Part shown: piece by piece, positions 37,959 through 47,008 of the stretch | Position numbering within the stretch: position 1 is the stretch's first letter | Layout of the letters: each line of letters starts with the position of its first letter | Origin: Nannocystis bainbridge | GTDB taxonomy: Bacteria; Myxococcota_A; Polyangia; Nannocystales; Nannocystaceae | DNA: 64,000 nucleotides | Reading direction: 5' to 3' | NCBI RefSeq assembly: GCF_028368995.1 | Contig: NZ_JAQNDL010000002.1 | Span: 32,001-96,000 of the forward strand | Position numbers and translations under genes: made by a program | The notes under the pieces: generated by a model | What the model was told of the DNA's origin: nothing | Databases searched by the model: none | What the model saw: the letters and a program-made list of their open reading frames with translations, nothing else

Positions 37959-38772
37959 CCGGGGCGTTGGCGATCCGGTGGACCAGCCAGAACAGGTTGG
38001 GGCCGTGGCGGTCGGGCAGCTCGCGGCGGACCGCGCGGAGGCTGTCGCACAGGGTCTCGAGGCCGCGGTCGAGGACGGAGGCGCGGCGGGCCTCGAGGCG
38101 CTGACCGACGCCGATCGGCTGCCAGCTGGTGCCCCACGGGATCGCCCACGTCAGGACGCGGTCGCCTGCGCGCAGGGCCTGCGACAGGTTGCTGTCGGTG
38201 AGCGCGACCGGCTCGTCGCGCAGGAGGTCCTTGCCGCGCACGCGCTGCTTGCCGGGGTTCACGTCGTCGACGGTGACCAGCAGCAGTCGCGCCTGCAGGC
38301 AGGCGTCGAGGGCGGCGCGCTGGCGGCCGTCGAGCGGCAGGCCGGCGCTGGCGAACATGTCGACCAGGCGGATGCCCTTGGGGTCGCGGTAGCCGTAGAG
38401 GCAGAAGGTCTGGGCGGCCCGGCGCAGGTCGGCGTTGTTCTTCTCGGCCGGGGTGGCGGCGCCGAAGAAGCCGTTCATCACCTGGGTGACGAACGGGCCG
38501 AAGCGACGGGTGGCGAAGCTGCCGAGCATCGTCTCGACGCGCTCGAAGTCGCCGCGCTCGTAGCGGCCGAACTTCGGGGTGAGCGGCCGCTCGCTCGTCA
38601 GCGGCGCCGCGGGAGCGGGGTTGCGCGCGCGCGCGTCCACCTGCGCCTGCGCGAGCTCCTGCTCGGAGGTGAGGAACGGGCCGGTGCCGCGACGCTTGCG
38701 CCGCGAGTCCGAGCGAGTTGCGGCCGCGGCGGGCGGCTCCGGGGTGCCGGGTTGTTCGGGTGTGTCGGTCAT
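37951..38772 (-). CDS. Hypothetical cytoplasmic protein
   Basis: High-GC3 frame from MTDTPEQPG; 4-bp overlap with the upstream lipoprotein gene. Confidence 0.65.
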   Translation of the reverse strand: MTDTPEQPGTPEPPAAAATRSDSRRKRRGTGPFLTSEQELAQAQVDARARNPAPAAPLTSERPLTPKFGRYERGDFERVETMLGSFATRRFGPFVTQVMNGFFGAATPAEKNNADLRRAAQTFCLYGYRDPKGIRLVDMFASAGLPLDGRQRAALDACLQARLLLVTVDDVNPGKQRVRGKDLLRDEPVALTDSNLSQALRAGDRVLTWAIPWGTSWQPIGVGQRLEARRASVLDRGLETLCDSLRAVRRELPDRHGPNLFWLVHRIANAPVG

Positions 38773-40124
38773 GGTTGCATTCCAGCGCAGGCGCCGTCGA
38801 AGGCGAGCCGCGGCAGCGCGAGCCCCAGGCTGGCGTTCGGGGCGGCCAGCGCCGGCTCGTCGCCGTTGCCGTAGCAAGCGACGTCGGAGTCGGGCGCGAG
38901 CCCCTCGACGCGCAGATACAGCTCTTCGTGGGCCATCGGCGCGTCGTCCCACACCAGCGGCTCGATGCGGGGCAGACCGCCGAGGGTGGCGCAGGGGACG
39001 GTGGCGACGCCGTCGAGCACGATCGGCGGGTCGCCGCCGTCGCGCAACGCCGCGGTCGGGACGACCTCGAGGTCGGCGTCGAGCACGGTGACGCGGACGC
39101 GGTCGATCACGAGGCCCGGCTCCGGCTCGCAGGTCGTGAGGGGCAGCTGCTCGGAGCCGCTGAGGAACGCCAGCGAGAACTCGAAGCCAGCCTCGATCGG
39201 CGCGAGGAAGCTGGCGATCGTGAAGTCGGCGACGAGGTCGACGCTCTGGAAGCCCTCGGGCGCGAGGGTGAAGGTGGTGATGTCGAGGTCGAGCGTCGGG
39301 ACGGCGAGCACCTTGCCGCCCGGGCCGAGGCCGGTGACCGAGAGGGTGTAGTCGCCGGGATCGAGCGACTCGGTGAAGGTCTGGGCGGTGGTGGTGCAGG
39401 GGAAGCGGAGCTGCTTGGTCGTCGGCCCGGTGATGGCGAGCTCGATCTCGCTGAGGCCGAGGCCGTTGCAATAGGCGCTCGGGTTGCCGCCCATCAGCCG
39501 CGGGCGCACCACGACCTGCGCTCCGGCGCTGTCGCCGACCTCGAGGCCAGTGCGGTCGCCGGCGCACGAGGGGTCGGCGAGGTCGGTGTAGCCGTCGCGG
39601 TCGTTGTCGATGCCGTCGCTGCACTGCGGCGCGCCGACGATGACGAACTCGGGCAGCCGCTGGCCCTCGCCGGTCTCGCGGATCACGACGTCCTGGGCCG
39701 CGGAGGCGAGGACTTTTTTGCAGGAGGTGTCGATCTCGCTGCCGTCGGTGTCGGCGTCGGGATCGGCGGGCTCGTCGGCGCAGAACTGGACGCCGCGGCG
39801 ACCCAGGGCGGTGACGGTGACGCTGTAGGCGCCGGCTCCGACCTCCGGCCCCGGGGCGCGCGCTTCAGGGTCGTCGAAGCCGGCGGGGAAGCAGGGGAAC
39901 TCGCGCTCGTCGATCAGGGTGTCGGCGCCGTCGCGGGTGCTGATGCGGATCCGGCTGATGCCGAGCTGGGAGCACTGGTCGACGGAGACGAGCCCGCGGG
40001 GCTCGCGGACGTCGACGTCGGTGAGCGGCTGCAAGCGCCAGCGGACCCAGAAGCTGGGGTCCTCCGCGCAGCCGACCGCGGCGACGGACGCGAGCGCGAG
40101 GGGAGCGAGGCGGGCGCGGAGCAT
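38769..40124 (-). CDS. Lipoprotein with beta-rich domains and a QCSDGIDNDRDGYTD...DPSC Ca-binding-like motif
   Basis: AVGC lipobox; the motif is visible in the translation. Confidence 0.7.
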   Translation of the reverse strand: MLRARLAPLALASVAAVGCAEDPSFWVRWRLQPLTDVDVREPRGLVSVDQCSQLGISRIRISTRDGADTLIDEREFPCFPAGFDDPEARAPGPEVGAGAYSVTVTALGRRGVQFCADEPADPDADTDGSEIDTSCKKVLASAAQDVVIRETGEGQRLPEFVIVGAPQCSDGIDNDRDGYTDLADPSCAGDRTGLEVGDSAGAQVVVRPRLMGGNPSAYCNGLGLSEIELAITGPTTKQLRFPCTTTAQTFTESLDPGDYTLSVTGLGPGGKVLAVPTLDLDITTFTLAPEGFQSVDLVADFTIASFLAPIEAGFEFSLAFLSGSEQLPLTTCEPEPGLVIDRVRVTVLDADLEVVPTAALRDGGDPPIVLDGVATVPCATLGGLPRIEPLVWDDAPMAHEELYLRVEGLAPDSDVACYGNGDEPALAAPNASLGLALPRLAFDGACAGMQP

Positions 40125-40134
40125 CAGGGCCGGT

Positions 40135-40893
40135 CTATCCGTCACAGGCGGGGTTTTCAAGGTCCAGGGCGATCTGGACGGGTGAGTCTTCGATGGCGAG
40201 GGCGCGCGAGCAGGTCCGGCCGTCGATCTCGAGATCGAGGCGGTAGCGCCCGGGGTCGAGGCCCTGCACGCGGTGGGCGCCCGCGAGGCCGGTGCAGGGC
40301 TGCGACTGACCGCCGAGGCGCAGGCCGCGATCGCTGGCGAGGGCCTGGCGATAGAGCGCGGGCGGCTCGTCGCCCTCGGCGAGGAACAGATCGGCAGCGG
40401 GGTCGGCGTAGCGCAGGGCGACGGTGAGGTCGCCGCACGCGCCGGTCAGGGCGAGGTCGAGCTGTTGCGGCGGGCGCTGCAGCTCGAGGTCGACGAGGGT
40501 GATCGCGTGGCTCTCGACCTCGCCGACGGCCAACGCGATGGCGAGCGGCGCGTCGTCGGTGGCCCGACCGCTGGCCGTCAGGTCGTAGGTGCCGGCCCGC
40601 AGGTCGAGGAAGATCTCCGGCGTCTCGACCGTCCGCGCCGCTGGCGAGATGTTGCCGGCCTCACACGCATAGGCGAACACGCGGTCGCGTGCGGGGTCGG
40701 CGGCGTCGACCACCTGCACGGCCACCCGGGACAGGCCCGTGCCGAGGCAGGTGCGCGCCCGGCGAGCTTCGGGGCCGTCGACGGCGTTGACCTCGCGCGC
40801 GCTCCACGTCAGCTCGAGGCCGGTGGCCCCGCCCGCGGGCAAGACGCACGCCGGCCCCAAGAGCCAGGTCCCTAGGAGCAACCGGCGCAGCAT
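40135..40893 (-). CDS. Hypothetical lipoprotein
   Basis: MLRRLLLGTWLLGPAC; GLELTW...C; GTYDL and PGRYRL. Confidence 0.65.
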   Translation of the reverse strand: MLRRLLLGTWLLGPACVLPAGGATGLELTWSAREVNAVDGPEARRARTCLGTGLSRVAVQVVDAADPARDRVFAYACEAGNISPAARTVETPEIFLDLRAGTYDLTASGRATDDAPLAIALAVGEVESHAITLVDLELQRPPQQLDLALTGACGDLTVALRYADPAADLFLAEGDEPPALYRQALASDRGLRLGGQSQPCTGLAGAHRVQGLDPGRYRLDLEIDGRTCSRALAIEDSPVQIALDLENPACDG

Positions 40894-41534
40894 CCCACGA
40901 GGTCCATGACGGTGCGGCCCTGCTCGGACGGCTCCTGCACGCAGGCGTCGAGGCCGGTGAGCACGAACAGGTAGACTTGGAGGTCGGTGAGGAGGCCCGG
41001 CTCGACGGTGCGGCTGCGCGGGCCAGGGGTGAGGGCGCAGGCTGGGCCGAGCTCGCAGACGCATCCATCGGCGAATTGGGCGACCACGCCGACCTCGAAG
41101 TCGTAGGGCTCCTGCTCGCGGGCGGTGACGATGGAGAACCCGCGCGCGGCCTTGCAATCGTACGTGAGCACGTCGACCTGGCAAGATTCGTCGGTGGCGC
41201 AGGCCTGCGGGCAGTCCGGCTCGCACAGGCGGAGCTGGGCATGCAACTGATAGGGTTTGCGCGGGCCGTCGGCGGTGACGCGGCCGATGAAGCCGCACAG
41301 GTCGCCGAACCTGGCGGCGTCGGCGTCACAATTGTCGATGTCGTCCAGCTCGCCGGCGGGGAAGATCGAGCGGCCGGCGGCGTCGACGACGGTCCAGTTC
41401 AGCTCGACCTCGCCTTTGTCGCGCACGCAGGCGGCGATCGTGACGAGCGCGAGGATCGCTCCTACCGCCGGGCTCGGGCGCCGCCGCAGGGGCGAGGCGG
41501 GCGCGGGCGCGAGCGCGTGGGCGGGGCGAGGCAC
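40872..41534 (-). CDS. Cys-rich hypothetical lipoprotein
   Basis: TIAAC lipobox; GEVELNW; TATCCT 6 nt before the GTG start. Confidence 0.65.
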   Translation of the reverse strand: MPRPAHALAPAPASPLRRRPSPAVGAILALVTIAACVRDKGEVELNWTVVDAAGRSIFPAGELDDIDNCDADAARFGDLCGFIGRVTADGPRKPYQLHAQLRLCEPDCPQACATDESCQVDVLTYDCKAARGFSIVTAREQEPYDFEVGVVAQFADGCVCELGPACALTPGPRSRTVEPGLLTDLQVYLFVLTGLDACVQEPSEQGRTVMDLVGCCAGCS

Positions 41535-41615
41535 GGCCGGAGGATAGCAAAACCGGCGTCGTCGGGGGCGGCCCGCGGTTTGACGGGGCCGGGCGGGGGC
41601 GTGTAGCCTGCCGGC

Positions 41616-42320
41616 GTGTTGCTCCCCGTGCCCAGCTTGCTCGCCGAGATCGACATCCTCCACCTGCTGTTCGGCGCCAAGGGCCTCGTGCTCGTGGTCG
41701 GCATCCTGCTGGTCATCTCGATCTTCACCACGGTCTTCGTGATTCTCTACAAGCTGATCCACATCAGCCAGGCGCAGTCGCAGTCGATCACGTTCCTCGA
41801 CCGGTTCTGGGAGTCGAAGCGCCTCGACGACATCTACCGGGTCGCCGAGCAGCTCAAGTACAGCCCGCTGGCGGCGATGTTCCGCGCCGGCTACATCGAG
41901 CTGTCGAAGGTCAAGAAGGGCCAGAACGAGGCCACCGGGTCGATGCACGAGAAGATGGACGGGCTCGAGAACATCGAGCGCGCGCTGGTCCGCGCCAGGG
42001 TCAGCGAGACGACCAAGCTCGAGAACCTGATGCCGCTGCTGGCCACCATCGGCTCGGCCGCGCCGTTCGTCGGTCTGCTCGGCACGGTGTGGGGCATCAT
42101 GGAGGCGTTCTCGGCCATCGCCGCGTCCGGTTCGGCCGACCTCGCGGTCGTCTCGGGCCCGATCGCCGAGGCGCTGGTGGCGACCGCGACCTCGCTGATG
42201 AGCGCGATCCCGGCGGTCATGGCGTACAACTACTTCAATCGCCGCATCAAGGTGCTCGGCGCCGAGATGACCACGTTCGGCAGCGACTACACCAACATCG
42301 TCAAGCGCCACTTCTTCTAG
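41616..42320 (+). CDS. tolQ: TolQ (MotA/TolQ/ExbB family)
   Basis: FLDRFW, LATIGSAAPFVGLLGTVWGIMEAF, IAEALVATA and AIPAVMAYNYF; first gene of the tol cluster. Confidence 0.9.
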   Translation: MLLPVPSLLAEIDILHLLFGAKGLVLVVGILLVISIFTTVFVILYKLIHISQAQSQSITFLDRFWESKRLDDIYRVAEQLKYSPLAAMFRAGYIELSKVKKGQNEATGSMHEKMDGLENIERALVRARVSETTKLENLMPLLATIGSAAPFVGLLGTVWGIMEAFSAIAASGSADLAVVSGPIAEALVATATSLMSAIPAVMAYNYFNRRIKVLGAEMTTFGSDYTNIVKRHFF

Positions 42321-42357
42321 GCCGCGACCGGTCGCCTGCTACGATCACGGTGTACGC

Positions 42358-42804
42358 ATGAGCAGCAAGGTCACAGCAGACGCGATCCAGGGCGAGGGCC
42401 CGGTCTCGGCGATCAACGTCACGCCGCTGGTCGACGTGATGTTGTGTCTGCTCATCATCTTCATGGTGTCGACGCCGTTGATGGCGCCGAAGCAGCCGCA
42501 GAAGATCGATGTGCCGAAGGCCAAGGCGCAGGCGATCGCGCAGGAGCAATTCCTGCTGGCGACGGTCTCGGTCGACGCCAAGGGCGACGTCTTCATGGGC
42601 ACGGTCGCGCTCTCGCGCGACCCCGCGACCATGACCAACGAGCTCAGCAGCAACGCGCGCCTCAAGCAGGAGGGCGTGGCCTTCATCCAGGGCGACTCGA
42701 ACATCGACTTCAGCCGGATCGTCGAGGTGCTCGTCGCGTTGCGTACGGCAGGGGTGTCCAAGGTCGGGTTCCTGACCGACCCGAAGGTCCCGCCGCGCAC
42801 CTGA
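42358..42804 (+). CDS. tolR: TolR (ExbD/TolR family)
   Basis: INVTPLVDVMLCLLIIFMV, IQGD and AGVSKVGF. Confidence 0.85.
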   Translation: MSSKVTADAIQGEGPVSAINVTPLVDVMLCLLIIFMVSTPLMAPKQPQKIDVPKAKAQAIAQEQFLLATVSVDAKGDVFMGTVALSRDPATMTNELSSNARLKQEGVAFIQGDSNIDFSRIVEVLVALRTAGVSKVGFLTDPKVPPRT

Positions 42805-42816
42805 GAGGGAACGAGC

Positions 42817-43671
42817 ATGTCCGAGATCAAAGTCCGCTCCGTGCCGATGCTGCTGACGCCGTTCGTCGAGCTGGGCCGCCAGTTCGGCGACATCCTCCGC
42901 AACCCGACGGCGTTCTTCGGCAGCCTGCTCGGTTCGGCGCTGCTGACCGGCGGCGTCGCGGCGCTGGTGATGTTCGGACCGACCTTCGAGGTCTCGGCCG
43001 AAGAGGACGACGACGAGCTCGAGATGGAGTTCGTCCCCGGTGAGCTGGTGCGGCTCGGGCCCAAGCTCGACCCGACCCAGATCCCGGAGAAGATCATCGT
43101 CGAGAAGACGGTCGCCGCCGAGGCCGCCGCCGAGACCACGGTGACGACGGACGAGAAGGCGCAGCCGACCACCGAGCCGAAGAAGAACGAGCCGAAGAAG
43201 ACCGACGCCAAGTCGACCGAGAAGCCCGATCCCACCAAGAAGGGCGCCAAGGAGTCGACCAAGAATCAGGACTCCAACACGCCGCACAACGATCTGCCGA
43301 CGGTCAAGGAGCTGCCCGGCGACCCGTTCGGCGACGCGGGCGGCTGGTCCGACACCTTCAAGGCCGGCGACCCGTGGGCCACCGAGGTCATGAAGGTGTT
43401 GAACGGCATGAAGGTCGGCACCTTCGGCGCCGAGGGCAAGGACGCGACCTTCAAGTTCCGCCTCGAGGTCTGCCCCGACGGCAAGCTGTCGGCGCAGCAG
43501 AAGCAGGGCACCGGCGACACCACGCTCGACTCGCGGATCAAGAGCACCATCGAGGGGCTCAAGGTCAGCGTGCCGGCGGGCGTGGCCGACCTGCTGAAGG
43601 GCAAGTGCAAGAAGATCCAGTACGAGTTCACGTGGCGCGGCAAGGGTGCCGGCGCCGGCGCGGTCAAGTAA
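42817..43671 (+). CDS. TolA/TonB-like energy transducer
   Basis: Single TM, K/E/P/T-rich linker and small C-terminal domain; lies between tolR and tolB. Confidence 0.65.
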   Translation: MSEIKVRSVPMLLTPFVELGRQFGDILRNPTAFFGSLLGSALLTGGVAALVMFGPTFEVSAEEDDDELEMEFVPGELVRLGPKLDPTQIPEKIIVEKTVAAEAAAETTVTTDEKAQPTTEPKKNEPKKTDAKSTEKPDPTKKGAKESTKNQDSNTPHNDLPTVKELPGDPFGDAGGWSDTFKAGDPWATEVMKVLNGMKVGTFGAEGKDATFKFRLEVCPDGKLSAQQKQGTGDTTLDSRIKSTIEGLKVSVPAGVADLLKGKCKKIQYEFTWRGKGAGAGAVK

Positions 43672-43866
43672 GTGGATCGCCGCCGCGTTGCGGCGGATCG
43701 GGGTGACAAATTGTCTGCCAGGGCTCGCTGGGCGGCTCGCGGCGGCCGGCCGGTGGGGCCGGCCCCCAGCGCGTCTGCGGGCCAAAGCGGCACAATTGGG
43801 GCGCGGGGGGTTCCCCCGGCCTTGACGGGCGGGTATGGTTGGCGCGCTCAGAAGGTGCCAACGCCC

Positions 43867-45141
43867 ATGAAGCGGACCCTGCTCGGAACTTCTTTCTTCG
43901 CCACCCTCCTGCTCGCCACCTCGTTCTACGCGGGCAAACAGCCGGCTCTGGCCAACGCGGCTCCGGCCGCGGGCTCCGAGGTCGACCTCGGCGGCGGGTT
44001 CACGCTGCTGCGTCTCGCGGTCCCGGCCGACGGCCGCATCGGCGACATCCTGCGCAAGAACGCGTTGATCTCGAGCGGCTTCGAGGTCATCGACCGCCGC
44101 AGCATCCCGGCCGCGCTGATCAAGGCCAACGACTTCGACCAGAAGGGCTGGCAGGACATCGGCGCCCAGGCCGTCATCCTCGCCGACGAGGTCGGCGGTC
44201 AGTTCAAGTTCCGCCTGTTCGACATGGGCGCCGGCGGCAAGCCGGTGCTGTCGCGCGGCTACGCGGCCAACGACCCGCTCAAGGCCGCCAACCGGTTCAT
44301 GAACGACGTCATCGAGCACTACACCAAGATCCCGGGTGTGTTCGGCTCGCGCATCGCGTTCGTCCGCACCAACCGGACGCCGACGGTGACCAAGAACGTG
44401 TTCACGATCGAGATGAACGGCGAGTCGCCGGCCTCGATCACCAACAACCGCTCGCTCAACATCTCGCCGTCGATCGGGCCGGGCGGGCAGGTGCTCTTCA
44501 CCTCCTACGCCAAGCGCAACCCCGACCTGTGGATGAGCTCGGGCGGCTCGCTGAGCCGGATCAGCACCCAGCGCGGCCTCAACCTCGGCGGCGTGATGAG
44601 CCCCGACGGCTCGAGCATCGCCCTGACGCTGTCGAAGGACGGCAACTCCGAGATCTACCTCATCGACACCGGCGGCACGATCAAGGCCCGCCTGACCAAC
44701 AACGCGGCGATCGACGGCTCGCCGACGTGGAGCCCGGGCTCGAACCAGCTCGCGTTCGTGTCGAGCCGCTCGGGCGGCCCGCAGGTGTTCCGCATGGGCT
44801 CCAACGGCGCCGGCGCGGCCCGCCTGACCAAGCAGGGCACCTACAACCAGACGCCCGACTGGAACCCCGGCCAGGGCGCGCGCGGCAACCTCGTCGCCTA
44901 CGCCGGCCGCGACAACTCCAACCGCTACGACATCTTCGCCATCGACGTCGGCAGCGGCAAGCTGTCCCGCCTGACCCAGAACCCGGGCCGCAACCTCGAC
45001 CCGAGCTGGTCGCCCGACGGCCGCATGATCGCCTTCCAGTCGACCGTCGGCGGCATCGTCGTCGCCAACGACAAGGGCAACAACCAGCAGGTCATCGCCA
45101 AGGCCGGCACCACGCCCGACTGGGGCCCGCGCAGCGAGTAG
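43867..45141 (+). CDS. tolB: TolB (PD40 beta-propeller)
   Basis: Signal peptide; GVFGSRIAFV, SPDG, LSKDGNSEIY, SPTWSPG, FVSSRSGGPQVF and PSWSPDGR. Confidence 0.85.
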   Translation: MKRTLLGTSFFATLLLATSFYAGKQPALANAAPAAGSEVDLGGGFTLLRLAVPADGRIGDILRKNALISSGFEVIDRRSIPAALIKANDFDQKGWQDIGAQAVILADEVGGQFKFRLFDMGAGGKPVLSRGYAANDPLKAANRFMNDVIEHYTKIPGVFGSRIAFVRTNRTPTVTKNVFTIEMNGESPASITNNRSLNISPSIGPGGQVLFTSYAKRNPDLWMSSGGSLSRISTQRGLNLGGVMSPDGSSIALTLSKDGNSEIYLIDTGGTIKARLTNNAAIDGSPTWSPGSNQLAFVSSRSGGPQVFRMGSNGAGAARLTKQGTYNQTPDWNPGQGARGNLVAYAGRDNSNRYDIFAIDVGSGKLSRLTQNPGRNLDPSWSPDGRMIAFQSTVGGIVVANDKGNNQQVIAKAGTTPDWGPRSE

Positions 45142-45172
45142 GTCCTTCGGGACATGTCCCAACAGTCAGGTG
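45136..45172. repeat. Three-unit 14-bp-phased element spanning the tolB stop and the ppx start
   Basis: TAGG at 45139, CATG at 45153 and CAGG at 45167 (TAGGTCCTTCGGGACATGTCCCAACAGTCAGG). Confidence 0.7.
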
Positions 45173-46104
45173 AGCCTGCGACGCCGCGCGCCGCGGATCC
45201 GCGAGGATCCTGGCGCGCGGTCATTGATATCGGGACCAACAGCGTCCTGCTGCTGATCGCGCGCTGGCACGGCGACGACCTCGAGATCGCGCTCGACCAG
45301 GCGACGATCACCCGCCTCGGCAAGGGCGTGGCCGCGTCGGGAGTGCTGGCGCCCGAGTCGATCGCGCGCACGCTCGCGGTGCTGAAGCAGTACCGCGAGA
45401 CGGCGGAGCGCCATGGGGCGACGCCGCTGGCCGTGACGACCGAGGGCGTGCGCCTGGCCAGCAACCGCGACGATTTCCTGACGCCCGCGGCCGCGGTGCT
45501 CGGGGCGCCGGTGCGGCTGCTCAGCGGCGCGGAGGAGGCCGAGCTGTCATACCGCTCGGTGGCGCAAGAGCTGGGCCCGACGACGGCGCTGCGCGTGCTC
45601 GACATCGGCGGCGGCTCGACCGAGCTGGCCGTCGGCGAGGGCGAGCGGCTGATCTCGTCGGTGTCGCACCCGATCGGCGCGGTGCGACTGTTCGAGCGGT
45701 TCGTGACCCAGGATCCGCCGGCGCCGAGCGAGGTGGCGCAGATCGAAAAAACGGCCCTGGAGACGCTGCAGCGCGGGCAGCCGCTCGATCCGGAGCCCGT
45801 GCTCACCGGCCTCGCGGGCACGGTCACGACCGCGGCGGCGATGCTGCTGGGGCTGACGCAGTACGACCGCGAGCAGGTCGACGGCTCGACCTTCACGATC
45901 GATCAGGTCCGCGACCTCCGCGATCGCGCGGCCCGGGTGACCGTCGCCGAGCGCTGCCAGATCTGGCCCACGCTCGAGCCTGCGCGCGCCGACGTGATCG
46001 TCGCCGGCATGACGATCCTGCTGGCGGCGATGCAGCACTGCGGGGCCACCAGCCTGGCGGTGCGCGACCGCGGGCTGCGTTACGCGCTGATCGAGAGGGA
46101 ATGA
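45154..46104 (+). CDS. Ppx/GppA-family phosphatase, single-domain type
   Basis: VIDIGTNSVLL, TRLGKG, SGAEEA, DIGGGSTE, AGTVTT, RADVIVAG and GLRY. Confidence 0.9.
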   Translation: MSQQSGEPATPRAADPRGSWRAVIDIGTNSVLLLIARWHGDDLEIALDQATITRLGKGVAASGVLAPESIARTLAVLKQYRETAERHGATPLAVTTEGVRLASNRDDFLTPAAAVLGAPVRLLSGAEEAELSYRSVAQELGPTTALRVLDIGGGSTELAVGEGERLISSVSHPIGAVRLFERFVTQDPPAPSEVAQIEKTALETLQRGQPLDPEPVLTGLAGTVTTAAAMLLGLTQYDREQVDGSTFTIDQVRDLRDRAARVTVAERCQIWPTLEPARADVIVAGMTILLAAMQHCGATSLAVRDRGLRYALIERE

Positions 46105-46931
46105 TGCGCGTCGACCTGCACTGCCACTCGACCTGCTCGGACGGCAGTCTGACGCCGACCGAGGTGGCGACGCGGGCCCAGGCCGAAGGGGTCGAGCTGT
46201 TCTGCCTGACCGACCACGACTCGGTCGCGGGCTACCAGGCGACCGCGGCTGCGCTGCCGGGAGCCCGCGTGCTGCGCGGGGTGGAGCTGAGCTGCCGCTT
46301 CGCCGACAAGACGGTCCACTTGCTGATCTACGGGATCCGCGACGGCTCCGGGCTGACGGCGCTGGAGGTCCGGCTCGAGAGCGTGCTCGAGGACAGGCGG
46401 ACGCGGCTCAAGGCGATCATCGCCCGCCTGCGCCGGCTCGGGGTCAAGCTCGACGGGGAGAAGATCCTCATCGCCACCCACGGCCACACGCCGGGTCGGC
46501 CCGATGTCGCGCGCGCGCTGGTCGAGGCGGGCGTGGTCCGTTCGCACCGCGAGGCGTTCGAGCGCTACCTCCGCGACGGTGGCCCGGCCGACGTGGCGCT
46601 CGAGCGGGTGTCGCTCGACGAGGGGCTGCGGCTCGGTCGCAACGCGGGGGCGAAGATGTCGCTGGCGCACCCGCACACGCTGCGCTCGCCGCAGCTGGTC
46701 GACGAGATGTACGCGCAGTACCGCTCGGCCGGGCTCGAGGGCATCGAGGCGTACTACGGCCGCTACGGGTCGCAGGAGCGCGGCCAGTGGCTGAACCTGG
46801 CCAAGCGGCGCGAGCTGGTGGTGACGGGCGGGTCGGACTTCCACGGGGCGGCGGTGCCGGAGATCCGGCAGCCGGGGATCGAGCTGCCGGAGCGCCACGC
46901 GGAGCGCCTGCAGGCCTGGCTGGCGGAGTGA
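46101..46931 (+). CDS. PHP-domain phosphoesterase (YciV/TrpH-like)
   Basis: DLHCHSTCSDG, LTDHD, GVELS, LAHP, GIEAYY and TGGSDFHG. Confidence 0.9.
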   Translation: MMRVDLHCHSTCSDGSLTPTEVATRAQAEGVELFCLTDHDSVAGYQATAAALPGARVLRGVELSCRFADKTVHLLIYGIRDGSGLTALEVRLESVLEDRRTRLKAIIARLRRLGVKLDGEKILIATHGHTPGRPDVARALVEAGVVRSHREAFERYLRDGGPADVALERVSLDEGLRLGRNAGAKMSLAHPHTLRSPQLVDEMYAQYRSAGLEGIEAYYGRYGSQERGQWLNLAKRRELVVTGGSDFHGAAVPEIRQPGIELPERHAERLQAWLAE

Positions 46932-46940
46932 GCCGGGGCG

Positions 46941-47008
46941 AGTGATGTGTCTGTTGCGACATGTGTGAAGCGCCAGGTCCGAAAGGACAGGTGCGAAGGG
47001 GCAGGTGA
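46941..47008. repeat. 14-bp-phased array (CAGG-rich variant) running into the next start codon
   Basis: TGTG at 46946, CATG at 46960, and CAGG at 46974, 46988 and 47002. Confidence 0.75.
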
